Origin: Vicugna vicugna
Lineage: Eukaryota
Direction: 5' to 3'
DNA length: 64,000 nucleotides
Assembly (NCBI GenBank): GCA_013265495.1
Contig: MU058221.1
Coordinates: 5,626,066 to 5,690,065 of the forward strand
Shown: piece after piece, positions 10,471 through 23,915 of the stretch
How the letters are laid out: each line of letters starts with the position of its first letter
Numbering within the stretch: the first letter of the stretch is position 1
Translations under genes and position numbers: made by a program
The notes under the pieces: model-generated
What the model was told of the DNA's origin: nothing
The model's input: the letters and a program-made list of their open reading frames with translations, nothing else
Database searches by the model: none

Positions 10471-12589
10471 TGTTGGAGCTGGAAGGGTTAAATCCTTTCA
10501 CCTGACAGATGAGGTCACACCCAGGTGTGTCAATTCCAGTGCAAGCTGCCCCAGCCCCAGCCCCAAAGGAACCAAAATCTCCTGTGACAGCCCTACAGAC
10601 AGAGCTTCCAGGGTCCCTCAAGGAGACAGCACCTTCGGGAAGCCCAAAGCCATGGCTTCCTCATCAGGGAGGCCATGCAGAGAACTCCTCAGTCCAGATG
10701 CAACTGACCAAGCAGGGTCGGCTTTCCGGTGAGTGTTGCGGCCCAGTAACACACTGACATTTCACACTGATCAGATTTCCAGGGAAAAACAGAAAACTAA
10801 CTGAAGCAAGTCTGTTTCTGGTGCTAGAATAGAAGGGGAGAGGGTTTTGTAATCTTGCCTGACATAAGCCCTGCGCTAGGCAGTTTGCAGGCACGACCTC
10901 CATCCTCAGACGGCCTTGGGAAAGGGAACCTCACCTCTGGACAGGACGCCAACGTGTGGAGTGGTTAGTCTGTGCTTTTCTAGTTCCACGACCATTAAGG
11001 GGTGGAATTCGGGGGCTGGGACCCAGCCAGCTGGCCTTCTCTGAGAGCCTGGCTCCTTACTGCCGTGTCTGCTGCCTCAGAGAGCAAGGCCATCCTCCAG
11101 GAAGGCTGGGATTACGTCTGGGGAACAAGAGAAGCCAGCTAAGGGGGCAAAAGGCTAGTCTGAAAGGAAGCAAGAAATTTAAGAAAGAGAGGGGTGGCAA
11201 CAGAGCCAAAGACCACATAGGCCGAGGCAGACACAGCCTGGGGAAGCCCATGGGGTTCGGTCACAAGCCAGCTTGGAGAGAGACATCTCCCCAGCCGCCC
11301 CACCGTGTCCTCCCCCTAAACATTCTCAGATACCAGGGAGAGCCTTCTTCCTCCATGAGGCCTTTCCTGACCTTCGCACCCCGAGAAGGTTAGGTTCCTC
11401 CCCATTCTTCACTGCCACTCCCTGGACCGTCCCCTTTCTTAGTCCTTATCCATATTGCTTTTATTCAACATCCGTCTGTCCCACAAGACTCCACGAAGCC
11501 AAGGATGGTGTCTGCCTCTCTCGTGTAACCCCACCCCCTGGGCCTGGCAAGTGCTTAGTAAGTATGTGTTCACTCAGGGAGGTTTCAGAGACCGGTGCAG
11601 CAAAGGTCAGAGCCACCCAGGGGACACTCATGACCTGGGGGCTGAGGTCTCAGCAGTGAGAGGGATGCCAAAAGGCACCGGGCTGACTCAGCAAAGCCTC
11701 AGGCACGAGGCCACAGGCTCCGGAGAAGCAAACACTCCCCGCTTGGCACGGATGCCTTGGTTATTAGCCACGTCTGCCAGGAAGGTGTCCAGCCCCTGCC
11801 CTGAGGCAGCACGTGAAGCAGCAGAAGAGAGACAGGTGGAAAGCGCATCTTGACCGGACAGCCCACTGGTCCACTCCTTCTGCTCCTCTGTGAACCCCAC
11901 AGGCAGCGACACCCACTGACTGGTCACCGAGGTGGGAAGCCTCCTGGGCGCCCAGACCAGGGAGGTCTGTGCTCCGTCCATCAGCTGGACTCCAATGTGA
12001 AGTGGCCGCCAGCATCCCCCTCCCTGGCTCCCGCGTGACAGTACAGGGACAGCAAGATGAATTTGCTTTTCAGACTCTAAAAGTTCAGTAACACTGGCGG
12101 GTTAGGGAGCACACTTAGCATTTCACTGCCCAGCGGAGGGAGGATGGGATGAAAAGGGCACGTTCTTCTAAATCTGTTTTGGAGAAAAGAAACAACGAAT
12201 CCCTTTGGCTTGGGATTTACGTCCATTCAGACCAAGTCCCCACGGCAAGGCCCTTCTCCACCGGCCCCACTGCCTTCCTTGCCGGCCTCCCGGCCCACCC
12301 CTCCCTCGGCTCCAGCTCCCGGCCAGTAGCTGACCTCCTACCCCTCAAAAAGCCATGCTCACACGCTCCTACCCCTCAAAAAGCCTGCCTGCTCTTTCTT
12401 CTGCCTGAATCTTAGCACAAGATCTTCCCACAGCCCCACACTTCTTTTCTCGGATAAAGTTCCACTAATCCTTTAAGACCCATCTCAAAAGAGCCACTTC
12501 TGGGAGTCTTTGATCACTTGCCCCTCAGAATTTTCTTGATGCTGGTTAAGTCAGTTATGGCCCTGTTATCACAATAAAACACTAAAATC

Positions 12590-12760
12590 AATGATATGAA
12601 TGCCATCGAGCGCTCACTAATGCCAGGCACTGTACACATCTGCCACCTGTACACATCCTCTTAATCCTCTCAACACCCACATAGGAGAAGAATTCTTACC
12701 ACTCCATTTCACAGACTAGGACACTGAGGCCCAAAGGGACACAATGGCCAGAAGCAGAGC
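12590..12760 (-). mobile_element. MIR fragment
   Basis: gagcgctcactaatgccaggcactgt...ttaatcctctcaacacc...ccatttcacagactaggacactgaggccc. Confidence 0.7.
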
Positions 12761-13388
12761 TACGCAGCTTGACAACAGGCTGGCTTTCCTCCCCCAGGGC
12801 TGCCTGAGCTGGCTGAGTCAGTCAGACCACCCAGGCCGGGTGAGGGGTGAGGTCCCTACACCCCACCCAAGTGGGCTCTTGACAGATGCCTGATGAGTAA
12901 ATAAATACCAAACAGCGGCAGTCTCTCCCCAAGGAACTCAGCCCACTTGAGAGATTCACATGACTCTCTCTACAAGATCAAGAGGAAAGCGGTAGAGTTC
13001 TTAGGAGGGTCTAAAGCGACATAAGCACTCAAGGTCGGCTCAAGAGCAGGAAGGTGGAAGGCCTGAGCACCACGCTCTAGAGAGGAGACGGGGCTCCGAG
13101 CTAACACATCCTCCCAGTCTTCTGCGAGCAGAGCCTCGCACGGCGCCTCAGAGCCTCCGAGCTCCACACCCACCCTCCCCTCTGCCCACTGCCATTTATT
13201 GCTACCTGGAGCCCCCACCCCAACTTACTGCCTCCGTTTATCCACCTGCTGCATTCCTCCTGTCTCTGCCCTTCGTTCCTCCTCTTGCTCCAAATCAGGG
13301 GCCTCCCCCGGGTTGCCTCCCCCACCTCCTCCACAGCTGCAGTGACTACAAGGGGCAAGGAGTCTCACATGAACACCATCCTTTAAGG

Positions 13389-13611
13389 CAGTGGTTCCCA
13401 ACAGGGGGTGATTTGGTTGCCTGGGGGACATCTGGGCAATGTCTGGAAACACCTTGGTTGTCCCAAAGGAGAGAACGCTACTGGAATCTAGCAGGTGGAG
13501 CCCAGGGATGCAGCTAAACATCCTACAACACACAGGACAGCCCCAAACCACAAAGAACCACAAAGCTCTATCCAGTCCACACGTCAGAAGTGCCAAGGGG
13601 GAGAAACCCTG
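13389..13611 (+). mobile_element. MER20 (hAT-Charlie)
   Basis: cagtggttcccaac...ggcaatgtctggaaac...cagggatgcagctaaacatcctacaa...gtgccaagggggagaaaccctg. Confidence 0.88.
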
Positions 13612-14069
13612 GTTTAGGTCACTGTTTCTCAGTCCTCGGGCCCTGGACTCTTCGTCTGACCACCGCATATGCCCCAAGAGTTTAAAAAGTGCCAAGACAG
13701 AAAAATACGCCGAAAAGAGTTGGGGAGGGGTGGTCCAAAGTGGCAAAGGCCATACACCTACTCCACTGGCCAATGTCAGGAAAATGCAACTCTAAAGCTG
13801 CTGACCAACTTCTGACCAAGGGAGAGGGGTACTGCTCACATGAATTGATCGTTACTGTGACACCAGTTACTGTCACTGTCACTGAGGAGGACTGCCCACT
13901 GTTCCCTGGAGCCCACAGGGGAGTAGTCGCTGGCTTAGGGCTCAGCTACAAGCTGGGCACCGCAGGTGCTAAGGCAAACCATGGAACAGACAGTATTTTC
14001 CACTTTCCATTTTCCCACTTTTCAGCTTTCCATTCCATTACACTGGACCACCGACTAATCATACGTGCC

Positions 14070-14530
14070 TGCACCACGGTGTCTTAATTCCCACAGCTTA
14101 AAGGTAAGTTCTGATAGTCTTAAAATTATCTTCCTTATTCTTAGCACTTGCTTTTTTCTGTATCAATTTCATAACAACGTGTCAAGCTCCATGAAAAACC
14201 TTATCTGAATTTTGACTGGAAGTACACTGAGTCTGTGGATTTACTTGGGAAGATTTGCCATCTTTGTCAGCTTTTCTCTTCGTGCGCATGGCCTCGTCCA
14301 TTGATTTATGTCTTCTTTAACGTCTTTCCATGATAGGTTATACATTTCTCTATAAAGATCTTGGGCATGTTTTGTTTTCTTTATTTTTAAGTACTTCAGG
14401 GTTTGGTTTGGTTTTGTTTTGCTTTTTTGGTGGTATTGTGAGTTTTTAAAGTAAGATTTTCTACTGGTTATTAATGTATACAACAATGCTATTCAATTTT
14501 CCATGTTGATATTAGAACCATTTCTCTTGC
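14070..14530 (-). mobile_element. Old L1 ORF2 fragment
   Basis: Minus ORF 14241-14486 contains LKYLKIKKTKHAQDLYREMYNLSWKDVKEDINQW, cf. L1 ORF2 IKYLGINLTKEVKDLY.ENYKTLLKEIKEDLNKW. Confidence 0.8.
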
Positions 14531-14559
14531 TGCAGTCAAAAGCGTTTGGAGTCCCAGAT

Positions 14560-14887
14560 GCGTTTACACCATGAGAAAGAAGCTAGGTCCCAAATCAACA
14601 TGCTGTATGATGCCATTTATAGGCTATTCTGAAAAAGGAAAATTCATAGGGGCCAAAAATAGACCAGTGGTTGCCAGGACCAGAGATGGTGGGAGGACTG
14701 ACTACAAAGGAGCGTGAAGGAAATTGGGGAAACAATGGAATCGCCCTGCATCTTGATAGTGGTGGTGGTTACATAACCGTATGCATTTATCGAAACTCAG
14801 AATTCAAACTCACACTCATAACACTCACACTGAAAAGGGGTAAACTTAACTAATTATGTTTTGATACACTTGATCTTAAAAAAAAAA
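14560..14887 (+). mobile_element. L1MC/L1MD-type 3' end
   Basis: atgctgtatgatgccattta...cagtggttgccagg...cttgatagtggtggtggttacataaccgtatgcatttatcgaaactcag...A tail. Confidence 0.8.
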
Positions 14888-15409
14888 GCATTCGGAGGAA
14901 TTTAGAATCGTAAGTGTGTGTGTGTGTGTGCGCACTTGCCTCCAAAAATGGATAAAGCTAACCAAGCATCAGCCTCCAAGCTCTGAGACAACTTCCTGAT
15001 ATTGGAGGGTCCATGTGTCACAAACAAGGAGTCACAAAAATACATAACACACCTCCAGGGCCTGTTAACACTACAGCTCTAACAGGGTTGCCTTAGATAC
15101 ACGATGGGCCTGGGTTCTAAACGCAGTTGAGCAGGCTGACCTTCACCTGCTGCGCAGGGCGCATCCTCACTCGCAGGGCTTATCCAGAGGCTTAGGCCGG
15201 GCAGAGTTTCTCAGGCTGGGCTCACAGCTCAAGGTTCCCATGGCACGGCAAACCACCCGGGCTTTGGTTGCCATGGGTTCCAACCCTTGGGCCTCTGCTT
15301 CTGCTTCCCCTCTGGGACCTTCTAAAAGGCCAGAGGGAGAAAACATGAAAACAGCAGAACTGGCCCACTGTGCATTTTGGCTCCTTGGAGATGATGTTAT
15401 TATGATCCA

Positions 15410-15630
15410 TAAGCTACTGTTTTCTGAGTGCTCAGTAAGTTCCAGGAACTGTGCGAAGTTCCTTATAAGCATTATCACTTTTCATCTTCATATGGCCCTC
15501 GGAGACACCTGTTTCCTTATCATACAGGTGAGGAAACTGGAGCTGAGTGAAATTAAGTAATCAAGTTTCACCATTAGCCAGAGGAGGAGGCCAGACTCGA
15601 ACCCAGGACTACCTGACTCCACTGCCTGGC
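15410..15630 (-). mobile_element. MIR
   Basis: tgagtgctcagtaagttccaggaactgtgc...acaggtgaggaaactggagct...gactcgaacccagg. Confidence 0.75.
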
Positions 15631-16474
15631 ATAACTGCCTTCCTGACTGGACTGCAGCACATGGCTCAGCGCCTGCGGTGGCCCCTGAATGAACGGATGA
15701 ATGAACGAGGACCAGGAGAGAGGAAGGGAGAATGCTGCCTGTTTCCTTGCCCAAGGGAATTCCACTCTGACCCAGCATTATGAATTTACTGACACTGGGT
15801 GACAGTATCCTCTCCACCCAAGCTGATCTCGGCAGAACAGAAACAAATCACATCCTTCTTTCTCACCTTGGTGCCTGATTCTCCTGACCCCTCTCTGTAG
15901 ACTCGTTCTTTTCCCGGTGTGTTTCAAGCCCCTACTCCTCTCTGCAGATTTGGGACAACTAACAGATACACAGCTCTTCCTGGGGAAACCCCCTGAACAA
16001 ATATCTCACTCATTTATTTGCTCCTGTGAGCCACGTCACAACCCTCTGAGATACTCGGGGTTCTTTTTGCAGTTAACAGACGAAAAACTGAACGCAGAGT
16101 GGCTCAGGGACCTGCCAAAGCCTCCTCCCCTACTCAGCAAGATTCAAACCCAGGCCCCCTGGCCTCCAATCTGGACCGTTCTGCAGCTCACATGGCCCTA
16201 GCACAGAGAGAGGTTTTACTGCTTATTTAGAGCTGTGTGTGATGTGCGTGGCAAAAATCTGAATTTAAATTGGATTACAGAAGTACTCCCAAATCCAATT
16301 TAGAGAAGCACAAAACGGAAGAAACATTCTGCAAATTTTCAATTCATGCTGTTAAGCATTAAACTCTGCAATCCAACCCACTCAAATCCTGCTCAAGCAC
16401 CAGTCTGGGTTTCTTTCTTTCCTTTTTTTTTTTTTTTAATGTCTAAATTGTAGAGATTTCCATTCCTAAGAAAT

Positions 16475-16680
16475 CCAGAGGCTGAGCTCTGGCATCAGAC
16501 CTGAGTTTGAATCCAGCTCCATCACTGACTCACTGTGGGACTGCAAGTGTGTTTCTTAACTACTCTGAACCAGTTTCCTTGCATGTAGAGGAGAAAAGCT
16601 CCCACATCCAACAGCCACTGCGCAGATTAAACACGGAGACTGTGGGGAAGGACTTAACATCCAAAGGCGCTACGCAGGAA
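16475..16680 (+). mobile_element. MIR
   Basis: gctctggcatcagacctgagtttgaatccagctcc...ttaactactctgaaccagtttcc. Confidence 0.75.
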
Positions 16681-17837
16681 TGACAAATACTAGCCCCCTT
16701 CCCTTCCCTTCTACAGAAATAGTAACTTTGAATGTCAATTCTTTTAGCCACAAAACAGTTTCCATCCAGTCATGATTTGCCGAGCACCTACCACGTGCCC
16801 TGGGTCCTCTGACAGCGAAGGCAGCCAGCAAACAGACAATTATACAAATAACTCGTTAATAACAACCGATGTGTTCACTCTTGCTAAGTGTGCTGAAGGA
16901 GAGAACAGATTTCCTTTACAACGACTGTCCTGTGGGCACCCACCTCCCCAGCCCGTGTCGCCTCCCAGGATCTGAGAGCCAGAGACCCGACCCTCAGCCA
17001 GAGGAGCCCCTGGTAAAGGCTTACGGTTTTCTTCTCCTGGTGGACTTTCTATAAAGCCCCATACAAGGAATTTTTGGTGAGAGGAAAGGACCGACGGGTC
17101 TGTCTGTCTGCACCATGAAAGAGGCAATAAGCCCGAGGGGCTCTCTGAGCTGGACTTGTGCGGCTGGTGGCTGTGGGGTGTCTGCGGGGTACCTGGGGGA
17201 TTTTTCTGGGGACTTGTCTGCTCAGCTCGTGCCCCTCCTGGCTCCTACGTGACAGGTGCTGGTGTTGCCCTGCGCAGCCAGCTTGGAGGTCAATACACTG
17301 TATATGTGCCTGCCCGGGGAGGGTGTCAAAAGGGCCTAGGGAAGGGGCGGGGAACAGGACAAACCTTTACTGATGCCCACAGCAGGCAGGTGCAGTCACG
17401 ACTATTATCCCCTTGTTACTCAGGCAGAACCTGCGACTCAAGGAAGTTCCATTCGTTCATTCAACAGATGCTCATTCAGTATACACTCTGTGCCGAATTC
17501 TGAATCTAACACAAGGTCACAGAGCTGCTAAGTGGGTGGGTTGGATCCAAAGAATCTTCCTGGCTTCAAACCCCTTGCTCTTTTCAGTCTAATGTGATGC
17601 CTCAAGAAGGGAAGAGATTTTATCCTCAGAGCGGTCACAAAGCAGTTGGAGTGCCTGGTGCATCAGAACAAGACAGTTAGCAGGGCAAAGCTGTGTGCGC
17701 TAAGTATCGAAGGAAAAGCCTAGGATGATGGGCCAAGTGCCTCCTCCGTCAGACTGTGAGCTCTCTGGGTGCAGAGACTGGGACCCCCCCCATCTCAGCA
17801 TCTTCAGGGTTGGGCACAGAGTGGGTGGGACACACAA

Positions 17838-18165
17838 CAACACGGATGAAACTCACATGCATTATGCTAACTGCTTAAAGAAGCCAGACTCAAAAGGCTA
17901 CACGTTGCTTGACTCCATTTCTATGACATTCTGAAAAAGACAAAACCACCAGAGATAGAAAACAGATGTGTTGCCGGAGTAGAGGGAGAAGTTGACTACA
18001 AAGGGGCATGGGGAAATTTCTGGACGTGATGGAACTGTTCTATATTCATAGTGTGATAATGGTCACATGATTGTATGCATTGGTCAGAGCTCACAGAAGT
18101 ACACAATTAAAAGGGTGAATTTCACTGCATGCAAATTACTCCCTAATTTTTTAAATGGGAAAAAA
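17838..18165 (+). mobile_element. L1MC-type 3' end
   Basis: acacggatgaaactcacatgcattatgcta...gaagccagactcaaaaggctac...gatggaactgttctatat...aagggtgaatttcactgcatgcaaatta. Confidence 0.85.
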
Positions 18166-19014
18166 AGAGAAAGAATGAATATAAGCAATAGATTTACATG
18201 GCCCCTCACTGCATGGGTCCTGGGAGGGGTCCCAGGGTTGCGTTCGTCAAATTTTTTATGACTTTTTCTGAGAAAGCACCTCCCCTCCATTGTAAAAGCT
18301 TCAGAGTCCATGAAACCTGGATCCACTCCTGAACACTAGTACAGGAATAGATCAAGAAAGGAAGAAGGGTGGGCGCCCAAGGAGCTGGTATCCCATGTGG
18401 GACCCCAGAGAGAGGAAAGACCTGGTTCCAGCAGAGGCAGGTATGGAAGGCAACTCATGGAGCAGAACCAGTATGGACACAAGTGCAGGGTTTTCCAAGG
18501 TTTCCAACGACCACAAGAGCACCAGGAACCTGCTGGTCCTACACTTACGTTCACCACCCAAGCAACGTGTCATGGTGGGACCTCCGAAGCCACGCCAAGC
18601 CATTCAAGGCAGGTAGGTCAGTTGTGACCTAATGGGATGTGAAAATTCTAGCTGCTGGTGAGCTCGTATAGCAGGCTTCTTATCATTCTTCTGGCTCCTT
18701 GCACAGCAATGACCCCCACCGCCCAGTGCAGGGGAGTTTTCACCTTATGCACCTGAAGCTAAAAGTGGTTGATGTTCACTTTTCCAGCCTCCCTTGCATC
18801 AGGGATGCGGGCCTGTGCTAGACACACCCTGTCCAGGTGTGAACCCAAGTCCCTCCAACCTTCTCCCTCAGCTATACTGAGGCTACATCCTTCACGCTGA
18901 CAATCCTGCAGGACCACGTGAACACAACGCTGCCGAATGAGGCTGGTTTTGCTGGTTAAGCTACTCATTTCTTTATGCTTAAAATTAATCATGTTAACAG
19001 AGAAGAATGCAGCT

Positions 19015-19332
19015 GAGATTTAAAAAGGTGTGTCTCAAGGAAATATTTGCACACCCATGGTCACAGCAACATTATTCACAATAGCCAAGGGATGGAAGCA
19101 ACTCAAGGGTCCAGTGATGGATGAACAGATAAACAAAATGTGGTTTTATACATATCTCATACATATATATATATAAAATGTGTGTGTATATATATATATT
19201 AGATGAAAACGTTCTGGAGATTGGTTGCACAATGTGAATATACTTAAGATTACTCAACTTCTTAAAACTGTACTTAAAAGTGGTTAAGATGGTAACTTTT
19301 ATGTGGTTTTCTTTTACCACAACTAAAATAAA
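19015..19332 (+). mobile_element. L1MB-type 3' end with an internal deletion at a (TA)n tract
   Basis: atatttgcacacccatggtcacagcaacattattcacaatagccaag...aaaatgtggttttatacata-(TA)n-agatgaaaacgttctggagatt...ttttaccacaa. Confidence 0.85.
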
Positions 19333-20481
19333 TGTATGATGTTTATGAACCACAAATACAATCTTTACATGAATATTTGTTCAAAGTCATCCACACTTGA
19401 AAATTTTATAAAAACAGAACACACTGAGTATAGGCCACTACTTCATTTAATCCATAAAAGGTTCATTCTAGTTTTGAAGAAAACAGAATTTTTAATTTTT
19501 CAAGTTCCATCTGTTCTGCTTCATTGGTACAACACTATTCACTTAATTTACTGAAACTGGAAAACAAAATAAAATTTACCAATTTTAGAAGGCATTGTAA
19601 ACCTTCTCAATTCATTATAGCAGATGTAATGACATGGAAGATGAATGACAATTAGCGAGTAATGCAAAATCTGTATTTTTTCATGGTTCTGGTTGCGGGG
19701 GGTGGGAAAATGCTGTATTATATGTTCTATCCAGAAGTTTCACTACTAAGTATGTTCCTGCTACTGATATTTTATATATTTATTTTTGTATATCTTGATT
19801 TGTTCCAGAAAGGATCCGAGGTGACTTGGTTATAAATTGTGTGGCTCATAAGAAATTACCACGATTCCAAGCCACTGGGCTTGTCAGCAGAAAGGCTCGG
19901 GGCAGCTAACGAACCCCTCCTGTCATCTCACCGGAAGTGGAGGAGCTAGAGGAAAGCCAACCATGTCCAGCCCTGACGCACCTGCTCATGCAAGAGCAGA
20001 GATGGTCTGAAGCAGGGTGTTTGGCTCGTGCCCAGAACGCCGCCCTGATGAGACCACAAAAGAAGGCAAAGTGGAAAAGAGCCAGGGAAATTTCAAGTGA
20101 GTGAAATTTTGAGAGGAGGCTCTCCAGGACGTGTCTTACTGTGAGGGAGACACGTTAATTACAAGGGACAGTTAGGCAACAAACCCAGCTGATGGCAGCT
20201 GAAGGACAGGTCTGCGTGTTCTGAACCCCGCTCCTGAGCTGCCAGCCTGGGGAAGCCTGGGGCAGCGAGGTGGCAGGCCCAGCAGGGAACACCTGCCCTG
20301 CAGGTGATGTCAGAAGCCCACAGCTCCCCTGGGAGAAGGCCGGTGAGTGCGGGCCACTCGGCTGTGCTGGCTGCACCATTCCCGGACCCAGCCATCGTGT
20401 GCAAATGGGGCCCTGAATGAGGAAAGCAAGGCCCCAGTTTGGGTAACAACTGATTTTGCTTTTGTTTTTTTGAAGGAGCAC

Positions 20482-20548
20482 CTTTTTTTTTTTTTAATTG
20501 AAGTGCAGTCACTTACAATGTTGTGTCAATTTCTGATGTACAGCATAA
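20482..20548 (-). mobile_element. Very short 5'-truncated L1 3' end
   Basis: Poly-T followed by aattgaagtgcagtcacttacaatgttgtgtcaatttctgatgtacagcat, the reverse complement of the L1 terminus seen at 35037-35131. Confidence 0.8.
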
Positions 20549-20994
20549 TACAACTTTTTAGTTGCGATGCTTGGAAAGGTCATCTTTGGCACTGCTCTAA
20601 GAGGTGCAGTGGAATACCGCTTAATACTTAAGAAGCTGAAATACACCACAGTTTGCTGTTTAGAAAATACATCCCTCTCAACCACACAAAACAAGAACTA
20701 CTCTTGAACAACTGTGCCATTTGCTTTTGCAGACCTGAAGAGAATGGATAAAACTAGGTCACTAAAAGGGAGAGAAAAATTCCAAGACAGAATAGCAGAA
20801 AGCGTTGGCTTTGAGGAGGGCGATATTAAGAAATTTTGCTTGATTCAGAATGAAAAGAGTATGCTTTTTTTTTCTATTTGTTGTGAGCCCCAAATGGCCA
20901 TGATCTCAGGGTAGGCATAAGGGATGTTCTGTTATCTGGGGAAGCAACACCAAGAAGGAAGGCTTCACGTTTTGAAAAAAGAATTCACATCGCA

Positions 20995-21230
20995 TAATGA
21001 GCAGTGCCAATTACTGAGCACAGCTCTAAGCATCCAACGTGCAAGTACAATTTGTAATTTGCAAGTACAACAACTCTAGGAAGTAGGCACGATTGCGATC
21101 TCCATTTCTCACACTGAATGTGAGGATCAGGGAAGTTAAATAATCAGGCTAAGATCACACAGCGAGACCGTGGCAGGGCTGAACTAGAATGTGAGATTTC
21201 AAATCCTCAGTGCTAAACCAAGATGCTAAA
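20995..21230 (-). mobile_element. MIR
   Basis: ttactgagcac...caacaactctaggaagtagg...gttaaataatcaggctaagatcacacagc. Confidence 0.7.
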
Positions 21231-23679
21231 CGGATGTCCCGACTTTTTTGACAGCAGAACATCAGTAAAATATTTTGATCACATGTTATCTGTGTGATGA
21301 TGAATCCTCGGCATTGCTGAGGAAATCTTTTTAAGTCATCATGAGGACGGCTTATCTAAGATGAGAGCATCTAAAACATAAGCCCACTTACCAAAGCGGC
21401 TGCAAACTGTAACATTCGGATTCTGCTGAAAGCGAACTAAAGAGTGCGGGACCATGTGGATCCCACGTTGTGGATCTACTCCTCCTCCTAAGGGTCCGCC
21501 CCTCCCCTCCCTGGGAGAGTGTGTCACATGTCCTTCTGACACACAGACCTACTCTGTGCCGGGCACTGTGCTGCAAACCACCCACCTGATCCCCTTCCAG
21601 GCTCACGACACCCAGAGGCTTTCCCTGTCTGCAGAGCTGGTCAGCACTAGTGAGCAGGGGATGTGACCTGCCTGCAACGCTGCTTGAACCCTAAGCTGTG
21701 AATGGGAGTAGTGACAACCTTGGATGCTTGGAGCTTGGGGACCTTGGTACTGGTCTGTGCTGCACCACCCACCAGGCGAGGGTCCTTGGACAAGTGCCCC
21801 GTAAACTCCCTGGTTTTATCTCCTCTGCACAATGGGGTGTCCTCAGCGGGGCTGGTGGTCCGGTCAGATCGGATGACATACAAGAAAATGCTTTCAAAAC
21901 AAATGCTGCACAGATCTGTGAAATCATTTTTCCCTATAGGGGAGGCTCTGAGCAGAAGACCATGGTGTCCCTCTACCAGAGGGGTGACACAGGAGCCATC
22001 GTGGGAGTTACCCGACCAGTCCTGGGTGGGGCTGGGTCAAGCTCTTGTGCCTTTAACACCCAGGAATGCACTGCCTGCAAGCGCCTCCCTGGGAATGGTG
22101 GGTGGGGAAGCGGACACTAACATCTCCTATGTGTATGTTTCTTGGCGATACGGGGAGGGGTCCACTGTCTCAGCGGAATCATAAAAGCATCCTACCCTGA
22201 TGTGTTGCTTCGTTCTGGGTATGTGACATCAGGGAAATGCCTCTTCCCGGAAGGGTCCAGCAAGGACCTCAGAGGATGCCCGAGGTCCAGCCTGAAGTCC
22301 CTCCCAAAATAAAGAGAGAAAACAACGGGCAAGTTCACACCCCTCCCTCTCCCTGTGTGCATGTAACCAAGGAGGCTTTACTATCGATGGGAGAGTTTGG
22401 CCCAAACTTCAGCACCTACAGGATCCTTCCTCGCACCCCTGCCCTGCCTGGTCTGTGGGGAAACGGGCCGAGGCATCCCTGCAGATACCCCTGGGGGGTA
22501 CAACTAAAGGAACTGGAAGCCCCGGCATTTTAGTGCAGCAGGCAGAGAAGGCAGGTTGCTTTTTCGGGTGGGTTGGTTGGTTAGTTGTTTGGTTTGGGGA
22601 GCAGTGGAATTCAAGCAGTGGGAGGGGTTTGGAGCACAGAGCGCTGGGAAAGGCGCCTGATCTAGGGGGAGATCCTACCAGCCAGGGCCCAGGATGGCAT
22701 CTCTGGGTCCCTGTGGGCTGAAGGGGGGGTATGGCACAGGGGAAGGGTTCCCAACTGGGGGTCAGGAACCAGGATTCTAGGCTCAGCTCTGATCCCAACT
22801 GGTGGGGTGATCTTAAGCCATCACACCATCCCTTGCTGGACCTTGGTGTCCTCATTCTTTCATTCAGAAATCACTGGCCTACTGACCTGGTACATATCGT
22901 ACTGACCTGGTACAGCAGGTATCCAGCATTGTTTTGGCAAACCAGCGGCGAACAGATGGGGAGAGCACCCTGTTGAGAGCTGGGGCACCCTCCTCCCCTA
23001 GCTCAGGCATTCTTTCATCCCATGACTGCAGTCTGACCCAGGTCCAGCCCTGGCCTCTGCTGTTCACGCTGTGTGGACACTGCTGAGCATGAACTGTCCC
23101 TCTGCCGCCCCCGCCCCACTCTGCATCCTGTGACAGTGTGACGAATTAGCAAACACCCAAACAGGGGCGATGAGGAAACAAGCAGAGCTGCTACACGGCC
23201 ATCGGGACAGATGTGGCAGCCACCCCTCGCCGTGCTATATTCCTGGAAATTGCAGCAGGAAGCAGAGCGGTCAAAAGGGGATCAGGTTTTTGCTGTATCC
23301 CTTTGTCACCAGCAGATGGGAATCACGGGTCAGCACGGCAGAGTGCTGACAGCGCTTTCCTTCGGATGCGTGGGAAACAAAGAATGGACGGACTGAGGTG
23401 GAAAACAGGAAAACACGGGTGCGTTTTAGTCTGTGGATGTGCAGACGAGCAAACAACGAAACAAAGCTGGGACGACAAGAAATGACACGATTCCTGATGG
23501 AGCGATTCCACTGCTCAGAAAACTTCCATGGCTCCCTACTGCCCACAGAAAGCATCCAAGTGTTTGCCTTGGCACTGAGGGCCTCCACACCTAGCCACGG
23601 CCCACCCCACCAGCTTCGGGTGCCCTCCACTAACTCCTGTGCACACCTCATGCGTTTCTGCCACTGTGCTGTGCCATCA

Positions 23680-23915
23680 TTCTCTGAGCCTCATTTCTCT
23701 TCCCCCACTGGCCACAACTCTATGCAGTGGATTCTTTGTTGAGGGTAGGGGGACTGTCCTAGGCACTGAAGGATGTCCAGGCATTGAGGCATCCCTGGGC
23801 TCCACCCACTAAATGCCAGTAGCCTTCCCTCCCTTCCAGGTGTGACCATCAAAAATGTCTGGAGATACTGCCAAATGTCCCCTGGGGGAAAAACTGCCCT
23901 TGGCTGAGAACCACA
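23680..23915 (-). mobile_element. MER20-like hAT element
   Basis: gggggactgtcct...gcatccctgggctccacccactaaatgccagtagc...aaaatgtctggagatactgccaaatgtcccctggggg...gagaaccacag. Confidence 0.82.

Noticed and set aside
11682..11693. MARE/ARE-like GCTGACTCAGCA (and TGACTCAGCA at 49366-49375)
   Set aside because: Short motifs that could arise by chance in 64 kb, and the second overlaps a MER5A edge. No independent support.
13225..13773. 182-aa ORF (and similar 140-175 aa ORFs at 21702, 29146, 37249, 50592)
   Set aside because: These run through MER20, MER5, L2 or LTR repeats or featureless intron, often from non-ATG starts, with no recognisable domains.
22408..22428. REST/RE1 site suggested by TTCAGCACC
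   Set aside because: Only the left half-site is present. The GGACAG right half is missing.
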